Shown here: piece after piece, positions 27,539-37,219 of the stretch | Layout of the letters: each line of letters begins with the position of its first letter | How positions within the stretch are numbered: the stretch's first letter is position 1 | Source: an uncultured Oligoflexus sp. | GTDB taxonomy: Bacteria; Bdellovibrionota_B; Oligoflexia; Oligoflexales; Oligoflexaceae | DNA length: 46,162 bases | Reading direction: 5' to 3' | Assembly (NCBI GenBank): GCA_964236955.1 | Contig: CAXSGP010000033.1 | Location: 1 to 46,162, forward strand | Notes under the pieces: generated by a model | The model's input: the letters and a program-made list of their open reading frames with translations, nothing else | Databases searched by the model: none | What the model was told of the DNA's origin: nothing | Made by a program: the position numbers and the translations under genes

Positions 27539-28429
27539 ATGACTGTTCTACGACACGATTGGAAAAAGTTAGCCCCGGTCTGCGCTTTTGCCTTTTTGGT
27601 GGTGCTTTGCAGCGTCTTCCTGCTTCTGACGCCTCCCGTCTGGCAATTGCGAAAGGGGCCGATCGAAGTGATACGCTGGCCTAAAACCGGCGCCCAGGTG
27701 TTTGTGATCGGACCGGACACTCCCCACTGGACACCGATTCACACCGTTTCCAAGCACGTAATCAATGCCATCATGGTCTCAGAAGACGCCCGCTTCTATG
27801 AACACGGTGGATTGGATTGGCGGGAAATTCAGCTCAGTGTCGCATTTAATATGGAGCAAAAGCGTTATGCCCGCGGGGCGTCGACCATCACCCAACAGGT
27901 GGTGAAAATGGCTTTTCTAAACCCGCAAAAAAGTCTGTTTCGAAAGTTTCGCGAAGCGCTGGGCGCCATCATTCTCGAATGGCTCCTGACGAAGGATGAA
28001 ATCCTGGAGTGGTATATCAATCTTGTCGAATTCGGCGATGGCGTGTTCGGAATCCAAGCCGCTGCGCGACACTTTTTTCAAACAACCCCCGAACTTTTGA
28101 CGATACAGGACGGGGCTCATCTGGCTCTTGTGATTCCGAGCCCCAACACTTGGTCCAAAGGCTTAAGGCAAAAAAGCCTGACTCCGTTTGGTCATCAGCG
28201 CTATGCAAAGATAATTGAAGAGATGTACAATCTGGGCTATATCACGCCAGTCTTACGCAAATCGGCTTTGGCTACCGGTGACTTTGGGCGCCCGGTGAAT
28301 GGCTACCAACCAAAAGAATCGGATCTTGATGAAAAGACCGACAGCTATCCGGATTTGCCGATCGAACGAAAACCTTTGCCCAGGCTTTTAAAACCCCCAT
28401 CCCATCTTAAAAAACTTCTCCATCCCTGA
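27539..28429 (+). CDS. mtgA: Monofunctional biosynthetic peptidoglycan transglycosylase (GT51)
   Basis: SEDARFYEHGG, RGASTITQQVVK, RKFRE, KDEILEWYINLVEFGDGVFG; N-terminal TM; ATG behind GGGAGG. Confidence 0.85.
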   Translation: MTVLRHDWKKLAPVCAFAFLVVLCSVFLLLTPPVWQLRKGPIEVIRWPKTGAQVFVIGPDTPHWTPIHTVSKHVINAIMVSEDARFYEHGGLDWREIQLSVAFNMEQKRYARGASTITQQVVKMAFLNPQKSLFRKFREALGAIILEWLLTKDEILEWYINLVEFGDGVFGIQAAARHFFQTTPELLTIQDGAHLALVIPSPNTWSKGLRQKSLTPFGHQRYAKIIEEMYNLGYITPVLRKSALATGDFGRPVNGYQPKESDLDEKTDSYPDLPIERKPLPRLLKPPSHLKKLLHP

Positions 28430-28441
28430 TAGGGAACCGAC

Positions 28442-29881
28442 ATGGCAATCAAACTCAAGATTCTCAAGACATGGATAAACAAAGACTATACGATCATTTT
28501 CCAAACCAATATCATTGCCCCAAAAGAGCAGGACCTTCCTAAAAAAACTCATCTGCTCATCGATTTGCGTCAGCAGACTTTTGGGCTGCGTATCGGTGGC
28601 GAGAAGCCTGGGCAAGCGACCGCAAATCATGCGTTTATTCAAATCATGAGAAAGCATGTTTCGCAGTTTACCATCAAAGAAATTCTCAGGGACAACCTCA
28701 ATGGTGATCTCTATATCCCACTCCTGGCAGGCGCGGTTGAGGAAGGCTTTTGGTATATAAAGATAGCCCACTCCAAGCCCCCCCTGGCCTCGTTGATCGA
28801 TCCCTCATCGACGGTGCAGGTGAGCTATGGGCAAAAAGGAACTTTCACCAAGAAACATACCCTGGAAGCCAGGCCTCATTGGGCAGCATTTGAAAACATT
28901 TTTCCCGAACTGGCAGCCCAACTGGTTCCCAAAGCTGCTGACTTGGAAAGCGATGCTGACCCTTCCGATGATGAAGGGGATACGCCAGGCGCCGATGGTA
29001 ATCCCATCCCAGAGGATCAGAGGGAACTCGCCGCTCGCCTTAAACGTAAGCTCAAGACCACCCGAAAAAACCTCGACAAGCTTCGTGGGGAACTTCCTCT
29101 CAAGGCCGACGTGGAACGTGTCAAATTCGAAGCCAACCATCTCCAGCGTTATGCCTACCTTGTGGCGCCCGATGCCTTCGAACTGGCTCTTGATTCCTCA
29201 CAAACCGCTAGCGGTGTCGATCTCCGCATTGAGCTGGATCCCGATCTCAGCGTCGGCCGCAATATTGAAGCGGCTTTTGAGCGTTCCCGTAAAATAGAAC
29301 GCAAATTTACAATGGGTCGTCAGCAGATTGAACAATTTCAAACCTATGAAAAAGAACTTTTAGGCGACTTGGAATCCTTAAGCACTGAGGCCCAGCCCGA
29401 GTCGTACTGGTTAAAACTTGTCGCCAAGTACAAACTTCCCAATCTTGAATGGAAGGGAAGCGGAGCAGCTGCGGCCACACCCATCGCCAAACCCTACAAA
29501 ACCTATCTCAGTAGCACGGGTCATCTCATACTGGTTGGCAAGGGTGCCCGCGAAAACGATATCCTGACGAAGGCTGCGCGCACAAATGACTATTGGCTTC
29601 ATGCGGTGGGCGTGACAGGTTCGCATGTCATCATCCCTTGCACGCCGGATATTAGATCCGCACTGCCGACCCCGATTATGAAAGAAGCGGCGATTCTGGC
29701 CCTGCATAGCTCCAGGCTGAAGGATGACCTTGCTGGTGAGTGCTATGTCACGCGTCGCGCGGCCCTGAAAAAGCAAAAGGGAATGGCTGCCGGTCTTTGG
29801 AAGATTGATCATTCCGAAACCGTCTTCGTTCGTTACAATGAGGAGGACCTGCAGAGATTACTGCAAAGCATAAAGGCTTAA
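28442..29881 (+). CDS. NFACT family protein (DUF814 RNA-binding domain; FbpA/RqcH-like)
   Basis: C-terminal ILVGKGARENDILT...DYWLHAVGVTGSHVII...EAAILA; central coiled coil with IELDPDLS..RN. Confidence 0.8.
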   Translation: MAIKLKILKTWINKDYTIIFQTNIIAPKEQDLPKKTHLLIDLRQQTFGLRIGGEKPGQATANHAFIQIMRKHVSQFTIKEILRDNLNGDLYIPLLAGAVEEGFWYIKIAHSKPPLASLIDPSSTVQVSYGQKGTFTKKHTLEARPHWAAFENIFPELAAQLVPKAADLESDADPSDDEGDTPGADGNPIPEDQRELAARLKRKLKTTRKNLDKLRGELPLKADVERVKFEANHLQRYAYLVAPDAFELALDSSQTASGVDLRIELDPDLSVGRNIEAAFERSRKIERKFTMGRQQIEQFQTYEKELLGDLESLSTEAQPESYWLKLVAKYKLPNLEWKGSGAAAATPIAKPYKTYLSSTGHLILVGKGARENDILTKAARTNDYWLHAVGVTGSHVIIPCTPDIRSALPTPIMKEAAILALHSSRLKDDLAGECYVTRRAALKKQKGMAAGLWKIDHSETVFVRYNEEDLQRLLQSIKA

Positions 29882-30073
29882 ACGAAGGGGACAGAGGAAC
29901 CGTATTTCGCTGCCATATTGATTGGCTTTTTCTGGACCTTGTGGAGCCGCCTTCCGGGAAAGGCCAAAAAATATTAACCACCAGCCAGGCGCAGACATCG
30001 ACTTTTGACAAAGTTCCGTGGTATTTTTTGCGAAGATTGGGCTTCCGCAGTTTCGCCAGCATAAAAAGGTTAC

Positions 30074-31153
30074 GTGATGCAAACAAAGAAAAGAGTCGCG
30101 GTCGTTGGGGCAACCGGTATTGCTGGTCAACAATTCTTGATCGCCTTGCAGAACCACCCATGGTTTGAGATCACTGTCCTAGCTGCCTCACCACGCTCGG
30201 CGGGTAAACGCTACGAGGACGCTTTACGATCGCCCAATGGTCAGGTTCATTGGTGGCAATATGAGCCAATTCCAGCGGCTTATCGCCATATGGTCGTGCA
30301 GAACAGTGAGGAATTGAATCTTAAAGAGATCGAAATTGTCTTCACAGCAGTCGATACGGATGCTGCCAAAAAACTCGAACCCCTGTATGCTGCAGAAAAA
30401 CCAACCATTTCCACGGCCAGTGCCTTCCGCATGGAAGCCGATGTGCCACTGCTCATGCCAGGGGTTAATTCGGATCATGCGGCCTTGATCGAAAAACAAC
30501 AGAAAAATCGCGGCTGGAAGGGCTTTATCGTACCCATCCCGAATTGCACCACCTATGGTCTCGCCTGCACTCTGGCTCCGCTGCACAAAGCCTTTGGCGT
30601 GAAATCAGTTCTCATGACGTCGATGCAGGCCACCTCGGGCGCTGGTCGCAACGGTGGGGTGCTGGCCCTCGATGTCATTGATAATCTCGTTCCCTATATT
30701 CCCAAAGAAGAGGAAAAGGTCGAAGTCGAAACACTTAAAATCCTGGGCACTCTTGCGGGTGACAGCATTAAAAATGCTGAAATCGGCGTGAGCTGCACCT
30801 GCACACGAGTTCCCGTTACCGACGGTCATACCGAGACCGTTTTTGTCGGCACTCACAAAACGGTGACTGTCGAACAGGCTCTGGCCGCCTTTCGCGAATA
30901 TCAAAGTGATTGTTCGGATCTACCCTCGGCACCCAAAAACTTCTTTCAAGTTCATGACGATCCCTTTCATCCGCAGCCTCGTATCGACCGCGATACCGAT
31001 GGCGGCATGAGCACCCATGTGGGCCGTGTACGAGCCGAGAAAGTGTTGGGCGGGATCAAGTACGTGCTACTCTCCCACAACACCAAGGCTGGGGCCGCAA
31101 AGGGAGCTATTTTTGTCGCTGAATATTTGGTTGCCAAGGGAATTATCAAGTAA
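30074..31153 (+). CDS. asd: Aspartate-semialdehyde dehydrogenase (archaeal/fungal-like subtype)
   Basis: VGATGIAGQQF, ASAFRM..DVPL, catalytic PNCTT, QATSGAG, CTRVPVTDGHTE, PQPRIDRD, HNTKAGAA; GTG 30074 or ATG 30077. Confidence 0.93.
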   Translation: MMQTKKRVAVVGATGIAGQQFLIALQNHPWFEITVLAASPRSAGKRYEDALRSPNGQVHWWQYEPIPAAYRHMVVQNSEELNLKEIEIVFTAVDTDAAKKLEPLYAAEKPTISTASAFRMEADVPLLMPGVNSDHAALIEKQQKNRGWKGFIVPIPNCTTYGLACTLAPLHKAFGVKSVLMTSMQATSGAGRNGGVLALDVIDNLVPYIPKEEEKVEVETLKILGTLAGDSIKNAEIGVSCTCTRVPVTDGHTETVFVGTHKTVTVEQALAAFREYQSDCSDLPSAPKNFFQVHDDPFHPQPRIDRDTDGGMSTHVGRVRAEKVLGGIKYVLLSHNTKAGAAKGAIFVAEYLVAKGIIK

Positions 31154-31180
31154 GGCGAAGACAAAGCGCTCAGAACCAAG

Positions 31181-31217
31181 ACAAAGGCGAGGAGAGAAGG
31201 TCGTTTCTCTCCTCGTC
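31181..31217 (-). terminator. Hairpin between convergent asd and mnmG, likely mnmG terminator
   Basis: 13-bp stem GGCGAGGAGAGAA / TTCTCTCCTCGTC (one non-canonical pair), followed on the minus strand by TTTGTCTT. Confidence 0.65.
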
Positions 31218-31220
31218 AAC

Positions 31221-33086
31221 CTAATGGGCCATTGCAATATGAACATGAAGGATTTGAATCGCGGCCGGCGTAATACCGCTGATGCGGGACGCCTGACCCA
31301 GGTTCATCGGTTGATGACGCTTGAGCTTTTCAACGACCTCGCGACTCAGACCCATCAGATTCTCATACTTTACATGCTCGGGTATGCTGACTCGATCAAG
31401 CTGATCGGCGCTCCTTATCGCTCGTTTTTCACGAACAATATAGCCTTCATATTTGATTTCAATCTCAAGACGCCTTAAGAGCGAACGATCATAGCTCTGG
31501 TAGAAGGGAATGTGCTGTGCCAGGTCGAGAGCTGTCGCCCGCGGCTTGCGCAAAATCGCATCGATTTTCGTGCCGCTATTATCCTTGGCGTCGAGCAGAT
31601 CCTCGGGCAGCGAAAAGGGTCCAATGCCGTTTTCTTTGGTATAGACGAGGAGTTCATTCAGAGCCGCGAATCGTGATAGAAAAGCTTGATGAGCCTCCTC
31701 CGTAACGAGACCGATCGCATGGCCGCGAGCTGTCAAGCGAAGATCGGCATTGTCTTCTCTGAGAAATAATCGATGCTCGGCCCGCGATGTAAACATGCGA
31801 TAAGGCTCAAGGGTGCCCTTCGTCACGAGGTCATCGATCAAGACCCCAATGTAGGCTTCGGAGCGGCTCAGTATAAAGGCCTCTTTGTTCTGAGCCTTGA
31901 GGGAGGCATTGATACCGGCCATAAGCCCTTGCGCGGCAGCTTCCTCATAACCCGTGGTCCCGTTGATTTGTCCGGCCAGGAACAGATGAGCGAGTTTCTT
32001 CGTTTCAAGACTTGCATGAAGTTCGGTAGGATCCACGAAGTCGTATTCAATCGCATAGCCGGGACGAATGATCTCAGCCTTTTCCAATCCAGATATCGTG
32101 CGAATAAATTCGATTTGCGCATGCAAAGGCAAGGAGGTCGACAGGCCATTAGGATAAACCTCGCAGGTGTCGTAACCCTGCGGTTCGAGAAAAATCTGAT
32201 GGCCGATGCGATCGGGAAACTTCACGACTTTATCTTCGATCGATGGACAATAACGTGGTCCGATGCCAACAATCTCACCACTATAGAGGGGAGATTCCTT
32301 AAGGTATTTGCGGATGACGTCGTGCGTTTTCTCATTGGTATGAGTGATATACATAGGAATGAGCTTTTGGGTAATAGTCTTATTTTCAAAGCTAAATGGC
32401 ACGATATCATCGTCGGAATGCTGGACTTCGCAGCGATTCCAATCGATAGTTTTTGCGTCCAGCCTTGGGGTTGTCCCAGTTTTCATCCGCCCCACACGAA
32501 ATCCGAAGCGTCGAATGCATTCAGCAAGGCCTATGGATGGTGCATCACCGGCACGCCCCGCACTTATTTTTTCGGACCCCACATGAATCAGGCCGTTGAG
32601 AAACGTTCCCGTCGTAATCACAACCGACGAGGCGAAAAATTTTCCAAATAAACGCGTCTCTACACCCTCAACAAAAGGCCCTGCAGCATCCCCTTGCTTG
32701 TCTCCTAGCAAGAGCCCTTCGACCGTATCCTGGCGAATATGTAGATTTGCCGTATTCTCGAGGATGTGCTTCATGTAGCGGGCATAGAGACCCATGTCTG
32801 CTTGAGCACGAGAGGACCAAATAGCTGGGCCTTTGGTTCGATTTAAGACCCGAAATTGAATTCCGTTTCCATCGATCGCTTTGGCCATCTGGCCACCTAA
32901 GGCATCGATTTCTTTAACGAGATGGCCCTTGGCAGTCCCACCGACGGCCGGATTGCAAGACATCGCCGCTATGCGGTCGACAGATTGGGTTATGAGAAGA
33001 GTTTTGGTTCCCATGCGAGCTGAGGCTAGGGCTGCTTCACAGCCAGCATGGCCCCCACCAATCACAATGACTTCAAATCGATTCAT
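31221..33086 (-). CDS. mnmG: tRNA uridine-5-carboxymethylaminomethyl(34) synthesis enzyme MnmG (GidA)
   Basis: IGGGHAGCEAA, MSCNPAVGG, KTGTTPRL, GPRYCPSIEDK, AGQINGTTGYEEAAAQG, EPYRMFTSRAE. Confidence 0.98.
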   Translation of the reverse strand: MNRFEVIVIGGGHAGCEAALASARMGTKTLLITQSVDRIAAMSCNPAVGGTAKGHLVKEIDALGGQMAKAIDGNGIQFRVLNRTKGPAIWSSRAQADMGLYARYMKHILENTANLHIRQDTVEGLLLGDKQGDAAGPFVEGVETRLFGKFFASSVVITTGTFLNGLIHVGSEKISAGRAGDAPSIGLAECIRRFGFRVGRMKTGTTPRLDAKTIDWNRCEVQHSDDDIVPFSFENKTITQKLIPMYITHTNEKTHDVIRKYLKESPLYSGEIVGIGPRYCPSIEDKVVKFPDRIGHQIFLEPQGYDTCEVYPNGLSTSLPLHAQIEFIRTISGLEKAEIIRPGYAIEYDFVDPTELHASLETKKLAHLFLAGQINGTTGYEEAAAQGLMAGINASLKAQNKEAFILSRSEAYIGVLIDDLVTKGTLEPYRMFTSRAEHRLFLREDNADLRLTARGHAIGLVTEEAHQAFLSRFAALNELLVYTKENGIGPFSLPEDLLDAKDNSGTKIDAILRKPRATALDLAQHIPFYQSYDRSLLRRLEIEIKYEGYIVREKRAIRSADQLDRVSIPEHVKYENLMGLSREVVEKLKRHQPMNLGQASRISGITPAAIQILHVHIAMAH

Positions 33087-33371
33087 ACAGACCTCGTCAA
33101 TGCCGCATAGGATAGGGAGGTTTAAAAGAAGCTCGCGGCCGGAATATCCTACTAACTTAATAGGTCAAATAAGACAAGTGAAGATGCAAAATTCAATCAG
33201 CGAACTATCGTTTCAGCTAGTCTCCAAAGCTTTGTTTTTAAGGGCCTTTCAGCAAATTTCCCTACGCTTGCTATTTTCGAACCTATACAGTAATTCTTGG
33301 ATCACCGTTAATCCTTAGCAAGGCTGATGCGCAAAATCAGCTTCTACCCGGGACAAATAAGGAAGAATAGG

Positions 33372-34487
33372 ATGGCTCTTTTTGAAGAACTGACCACCAT
33401 GGGGCACGAACAGGTGGTCTTCTGCCACGATAAAGCAACTGGCCTTAAGGCTATTATTGCTATCCACGATACGACCTTGGGACCTGCCTTGGGGGGTTGT
33501 CGGATGTGGGACTATAAATCCGAAGAAGAAGCGCTTCGCGACGTACTCCGTCTGTCTCGCGGCATGACTTATAAAAACGCCGTCAGTGGGCTCAACCTGG
33601 GCGGCGGCAAGTCGGTGATCATCGGCGACCCAAAAAAGTTGAAAAGCGAAGCTTTCTTCCGAACCTTTGGTCGCTTTGTAAACAGTCTCGGTGGACGTTA
33701 TATCACCGCTGAGGACGTCAATATTCGCGTCAACGATATTGAACTCGTTGGCCTGGAAACAGATTTCGTTGCGGGGATCAATTCCCGCGCCGGTGGATCA
33801 GGCGATCCATCGCCGGTTACCGCTTGGGGCGTCTATCACGGGATTCGGGCTTCAGTCCAATACAAGCTTGGCAAAAGCAGTCTCAAGGGCGTTAGCGTTG
33901 CTGTCCAGGGTTGTGGAGCGGTAGGCTCACATTTGGTTGAGCATTTGACTAACGAAGGCGCCAAAGTTTTCGTCGCGGATATCGACCCAGAAAAAGTGAA
34001 AGACGCTGTAAGTCGCTACGGGGCTGAGGCCACAACGCTGGCCGATATTCATCGTCTCAACGTCGATGTGTTTGCGCCCTGTGCCCTGGGCGGCTTCCTT
34101 GACGATCGCGTCATCCCCGAATTGAAGGCCTCAATCGTTGCAGGCGCGGCCAACAATCAGCTGCTGGATGAGGAGGTTCATGGCAGAATGATTCGCGAAC
34201 GCGGTATTCTCTATGCTCCCGACTATGTGATCAATGCCGGTGGCGTGATCAACGTTTATCAGGAGCTGGCTGGCTACGATGCAAAGATCGCCAAGCAGCG
34301 TGCGGCCAACATCTATGACACCTTGATCAGCGTCTATCAGGAAGCGGACGCCAAGGGCATTACCACCAATCAGGCGTCTGGCTTCATTGCTGAAGAACGT
34401 ATCAAGGGGGTGCGCGGCATGAGCCCCATTCGCAATACGATCGGCAATCAGAACTGGACCCATCACAACCTTCTCAAGCAGAGTTAG
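33372..34487 (+). CDS. Leucine dehydrogenase (Glu/Leu/Phe/Val dehydrogenase family)
   Basis: HEQVVFC, GPALGGCRM, GMTYKNA, GGGKSVI, YITAEDV, GDPS, GAANNQL, YAPDYVINAGG; start moved to ATG 33372. Confidence 0.92.
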   Translation: MALFEELTTMGHEQVVFCHDKATGLKAIIAIHDTTLGPALGGCRMWDYKSEEEALRDVLRLSRGMTYKNAVSGLNLGGGKSVIIGDPKKLKSEAFFRTFGRFVNSLGGRYITAEDVNIRVNDIELVGLETDFVAGINSRAGGSGDPSPVTAWGVYHGIRASVQYKLGKSSLKGVSVAVQGCGAVGSHLVEHLTNEGAKVFVADIDPEKVKDAVSRYGAEATTLADIHRLNVDVFAPCALGGFLDDRVIPELKASIVAGAANNQLLDEEVHGRMIRERGILYAPDYVINAGGVINVYQELAGYDAKIAKQRAANIYDTLISVYQEADAKGITTNQASGFIAEERIKGVRGMSPIRNTIGNQNWTHHNLLKQS

Positions 34488-34548
34488 GGGTTGGCGATTA
34501 AACGCAAGCCCCTTAGCCTAGAGAACAGCTTTTGAGCCAAAAAACCAG

Positions 34549-34587
34549 GCAGAAGTAAGGCCCTCAGCCTCTACTTCCGCTTTTTTT
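34549..34587 (+). terminator. Probable rho-independent terminator after leucine dehydrogenase
   Basis: Imperfect stem GCAGAAGTAAGGC / GCCTCTACTTCCGC followed by T7. Confidence 0.55.
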
Positions 34588-34656
34588 CATCCCATCTTTA
34601 TCGCGGGTTCATAATTTTATGCTCGCCCCAGTATAGGCGCCCCGGGACGATCCGGA

Positions 34657-35952
34657 TCAATCTCGAATCCTGCCCGTTGCCGCATCTCTCAGGATGAGCA
34701 CCGCCGATTTCTTCAGACTAATTTCCTGCATCGAGCCCACCCGTCCATTATTGGAAATTTCCAGTCTATAGCTTCCCGCCTTCACAAAGACTCTTGTCAC
34801 ATAAATCGCGGCAGGGAGTGTTACCCACCCTCTGGTATCGGCGGTTTCGGTAACCGCTCCATAGATGCTTCCCGCGATATACCCAAGAGGGCCCAGTTCT
34901 TTTTCGGCCTTCTGGGTCATTTGACTTTTGAGTATCAGCCGGGCAGCCGATTTAACCATCATGCGCAGCCTTCTATCCTCGAGACTTTCATAGGCGATCG
35001 CGTTAAAATTCTGGGCCAGCTCGCCGACTTCAAACAGCCCATCGTTCAGGCGAACTCCGGTCTGCCGCACGGCGACACCTTGCTTTCGGATCACGGGAAA
35101 GGAAAATCGAGTAATCTGCTTGCCTATGGGAACCACAAAGCCCTCGGCTTTCTTGTCATTGATAACCCCTACTTCATGTAGGACGACTAAAGAGGCATCA
35201 TCGGGATTGAGCTGCGTGAGGTTCAGCTCCCGGTAATGCTCGGCCAGCTGCCTGCCTTCATCCTTTCGATTCCGAAGCAGATAGAGGCGATAAAGGGCCC
35301 GCACCAAGTCACGAGGAGGACTGACCTGAAAGACCGAACTGTAATCGCCCTCATAGATTTTTAAGGCCGACCGATAGTCGATGATCGCGGAATCCCATTC
35401 CCCATTGGACTCCCAGATCAGGCCTGACAGATAGCGGGCGTAGGCATCATCTTTGTATTTATTTTTGTTGTCTTTATAGGAGTTGTTGATCTCGTTGAGC
35501 TTAGTGTTGATACGCGCCGCCTCCACGCGTGCTTCATCCAACTGGCCGTCGCTTAGGAAGGAGTGGGCAAGCATGGTATGGATCGCGACTTTTTCATAGT
35601 CTTCACCGGCGTAAGGCTGGGCCCCATCGTTATAAAGGAACGAGGCGGCGGAGCTGCTGACGCTGGTTGTATAGAGATCATCGGCGAGTTTATCGGCCTT
35701 CATCCAGAGCCCTCGCGCCTCCTTTCTCTCGCCCAGCCGATCCTCTATCGTGCCCTTTTCCAGATAATAAAGCAGGCGATTGCGATCGGCTGTCTTTATG
35801 TCCGATTTTTCAAAGGCCGAAAGAGCCGTGGAATAATCGCCGACGCGATAGGCCGAAGTCATCTGCTTTACTTGATCGCCATAAGACGCACAGCCTCCGA
35901 GCCAAAGGCTCAGGGGGGTGATCCAGGCTAAAGTGAGGGTTCGTCTAAGCAC
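34657..35952 (-). CDS. TPR-containing lipoprotein (COG3014-like)
   Basis: Lipobox WLGGC; LLYYLEKG, YAGEDYEK, ARVEA, ADTRGWVTLP; 3 nt downstream of the lpoB-like gene. Confidence 0.75.
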   Translation of the reverse strand: MLRRTLTLAWITPLSLWLGGCASYGDQVKQMTSAYRVGDYSTALSAFEKSDIKTADRNRLLYYLEKGTIEDRLGERKEARGLWMKADKLADDLYTTSVSSSAASFLYNDGAQPYAGEDYEKVAIHTMLAHSFLSDGQLDEARVEAARINTKLNEINNSYKDNKNKYKDDAYARYLSGLIWESNGEWDSAIIDYRSALKIYEGDYSSVFQVSPPRDLVRALYRLYLLRNRKDEGRQLAEHYRELNLTQLNPDDASLVVLHEVGVINDKKAEGFVVPIGKQITRFSFPVIRKQGVAVRQTGVRLNDGLFEVGELAQNFNAIAYESLEDRRLRMMVKSAARLILKSQMTQKAEKELGPLGYIAGSIYGAVTETADTRGWVTLPAAIYVTRVFVKAGSYRLEISNNGRVGSMQEISLKKSAVLILRDAATGRIRD

Positions 35953-35955
35953 GTA

Positions 35956-36579
35956 TCACCATCCTGCAGAGGATCTTTTGAAGCGTTTTTTGATTTCTTC
36001 TTTGCCACTCCAGACGATTTCAGCCGTCTCAAGATCGGTAAGAGTCAGGGCGGTTTGATACGTCACAGTCTTGAGACCCTCTTGAGTATGGACGGAGCTC
36101 GAGATCGCTCCGCTCAGCATAAAGTCGGCACCGATTTGCTTACCCAGGGATTTTTTGGTCTTGGCTTCTGTGGTGCCGGAGTTTTGATATTTAATCTCGT
36201 CGAGTATCTGCTTGCGCTTCTCGCCATTTACAAAGCGAACCTTTCCGGAATTGATCAATTCATCGGTCATCGCTTCGGTGAGTGCTTTGGTATCGATGTG
36301 CTCATCGGTCCGATTCGCTATTTCGTCGACGATCACGATCGGTTTTTTCTTTTTGACCGCTTCGAATCCAGCGAGCCAAGGTTTGGTCGTCACCTGGCTG
36401 ATCAGGGAACCGGCAACTTTATGGGCGTCGGTCTCGCTCCATTTGTCGTCGACGATTTCAGCTGCTTTGGGATCACTATAGGTCCCTTCGAAGCCAGGCG
36501 CACAGGCGAACAGATTCAAACCGAGGGCAACCGAGGCAAAAACTTTCCAGAACTGAATTTTCGAGACGTGGCTACGCAT
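35956..36579 (-). CDS. LpoB-family (penicillin-binding protein activator-like) lipoprotein
   Basis: Lipobox LFAC; IANRTDEHIDT, LINSGKVRFV, GKQIGADFMLSGAISS, LTDLETAEIVW; ATG 36579 behind AGGAG. Confidence 0.8.
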   Translation of the reverse strand: MRSHVSKIQFWKVFASVALGLNLFACAPGFEGTYSDPKAAEIVDDKWSETDAHKVAGSLISQVTTKPWLAGFEAVKKKKPIVIVDEIANRTDEHIDTKALTEAMTDELINSGKVRFVNGEKRKQILDEIKYQNSGTTEAKTKKSLGKQIGADFMLSGAISSSVHTQEGLKTVTYQTALTLTDLETAEIVWSGKEEIKKRFKRSSAGW

Positions 36580-36754
36580 AGCTTCTCCTAGCAGCGTGGG
36601 GACTCTTCGCAAGCGACACGACATGGTAGAATTAAAACAGTCCATGCATCGTGCGTATTCCATCCTTGTATGGTACGCCACGCTCCTTAGAGACGGCAAG
36701 TCCCACATCTAATGGAGATTCAAAAAGAATTTAGTTTTTTAGTAAGGAATTCTC

Positions 36755-37219
36755 ATGAAAGCGCCAACACTGTTTGTGATCGCAATCAGCCTCATTGCCA
36801 CCGGCACGGTATCCGCGGCCCAAACCCGTTCGGTATTTTTGAATGGTATCGACATATCTTCCACGAAAAACCAATCAATGCAACAAGTTAACGTCAGCAT
36901 TGACAGTCAGGGCAACATCTATATTGAGGGCCCCCAGTACGAGGCTCAGCAGGAGACCACCTTCGTGCCCTTAGGTCGGCAGGGAATCAATGCCGCACGC
37001 ATTCCCCAGCATCGTGCTCCCGGCCCGCTTCCCACCGCTCAGTTCCCCGCCGCTCAAGCTGAGCTTGCGCCGGGCGCCGAATCACGCGATACAGGGGGAG
37101 GTGTGGATGAACTGAAGCCTAAGGAAGGAGTGAGAATTCCAAGCGATGGAAATATCCCAAGAAACGAGTCTGGTGCAGAGGCACAGCAGAATCCTCCAAA
37201 AGATCCAAGCCCACGCTAA
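36755..37219 (+). CDS. Hypothetical exported protein
   Basis: TAAGGA RBS; Sec signal peptide ending VSA; short beta-rich domain (VFLNGIDIS) then Pro-rich tail. Confidence 0.7.
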   Translation: MKAPTLFVIAISLIATGTVSAAQTRSVFLNGIDISSTKNQSMQQVNVSIDSQGNIYIEGPQYEAQQETTFVPLGRQGINAARIPQHRAPGPLPTAQFPAAQAELAPGAESRDTGGGVDELKPKEGVRIPSDGNIPRNESGAEAQQNPPKDPSPR

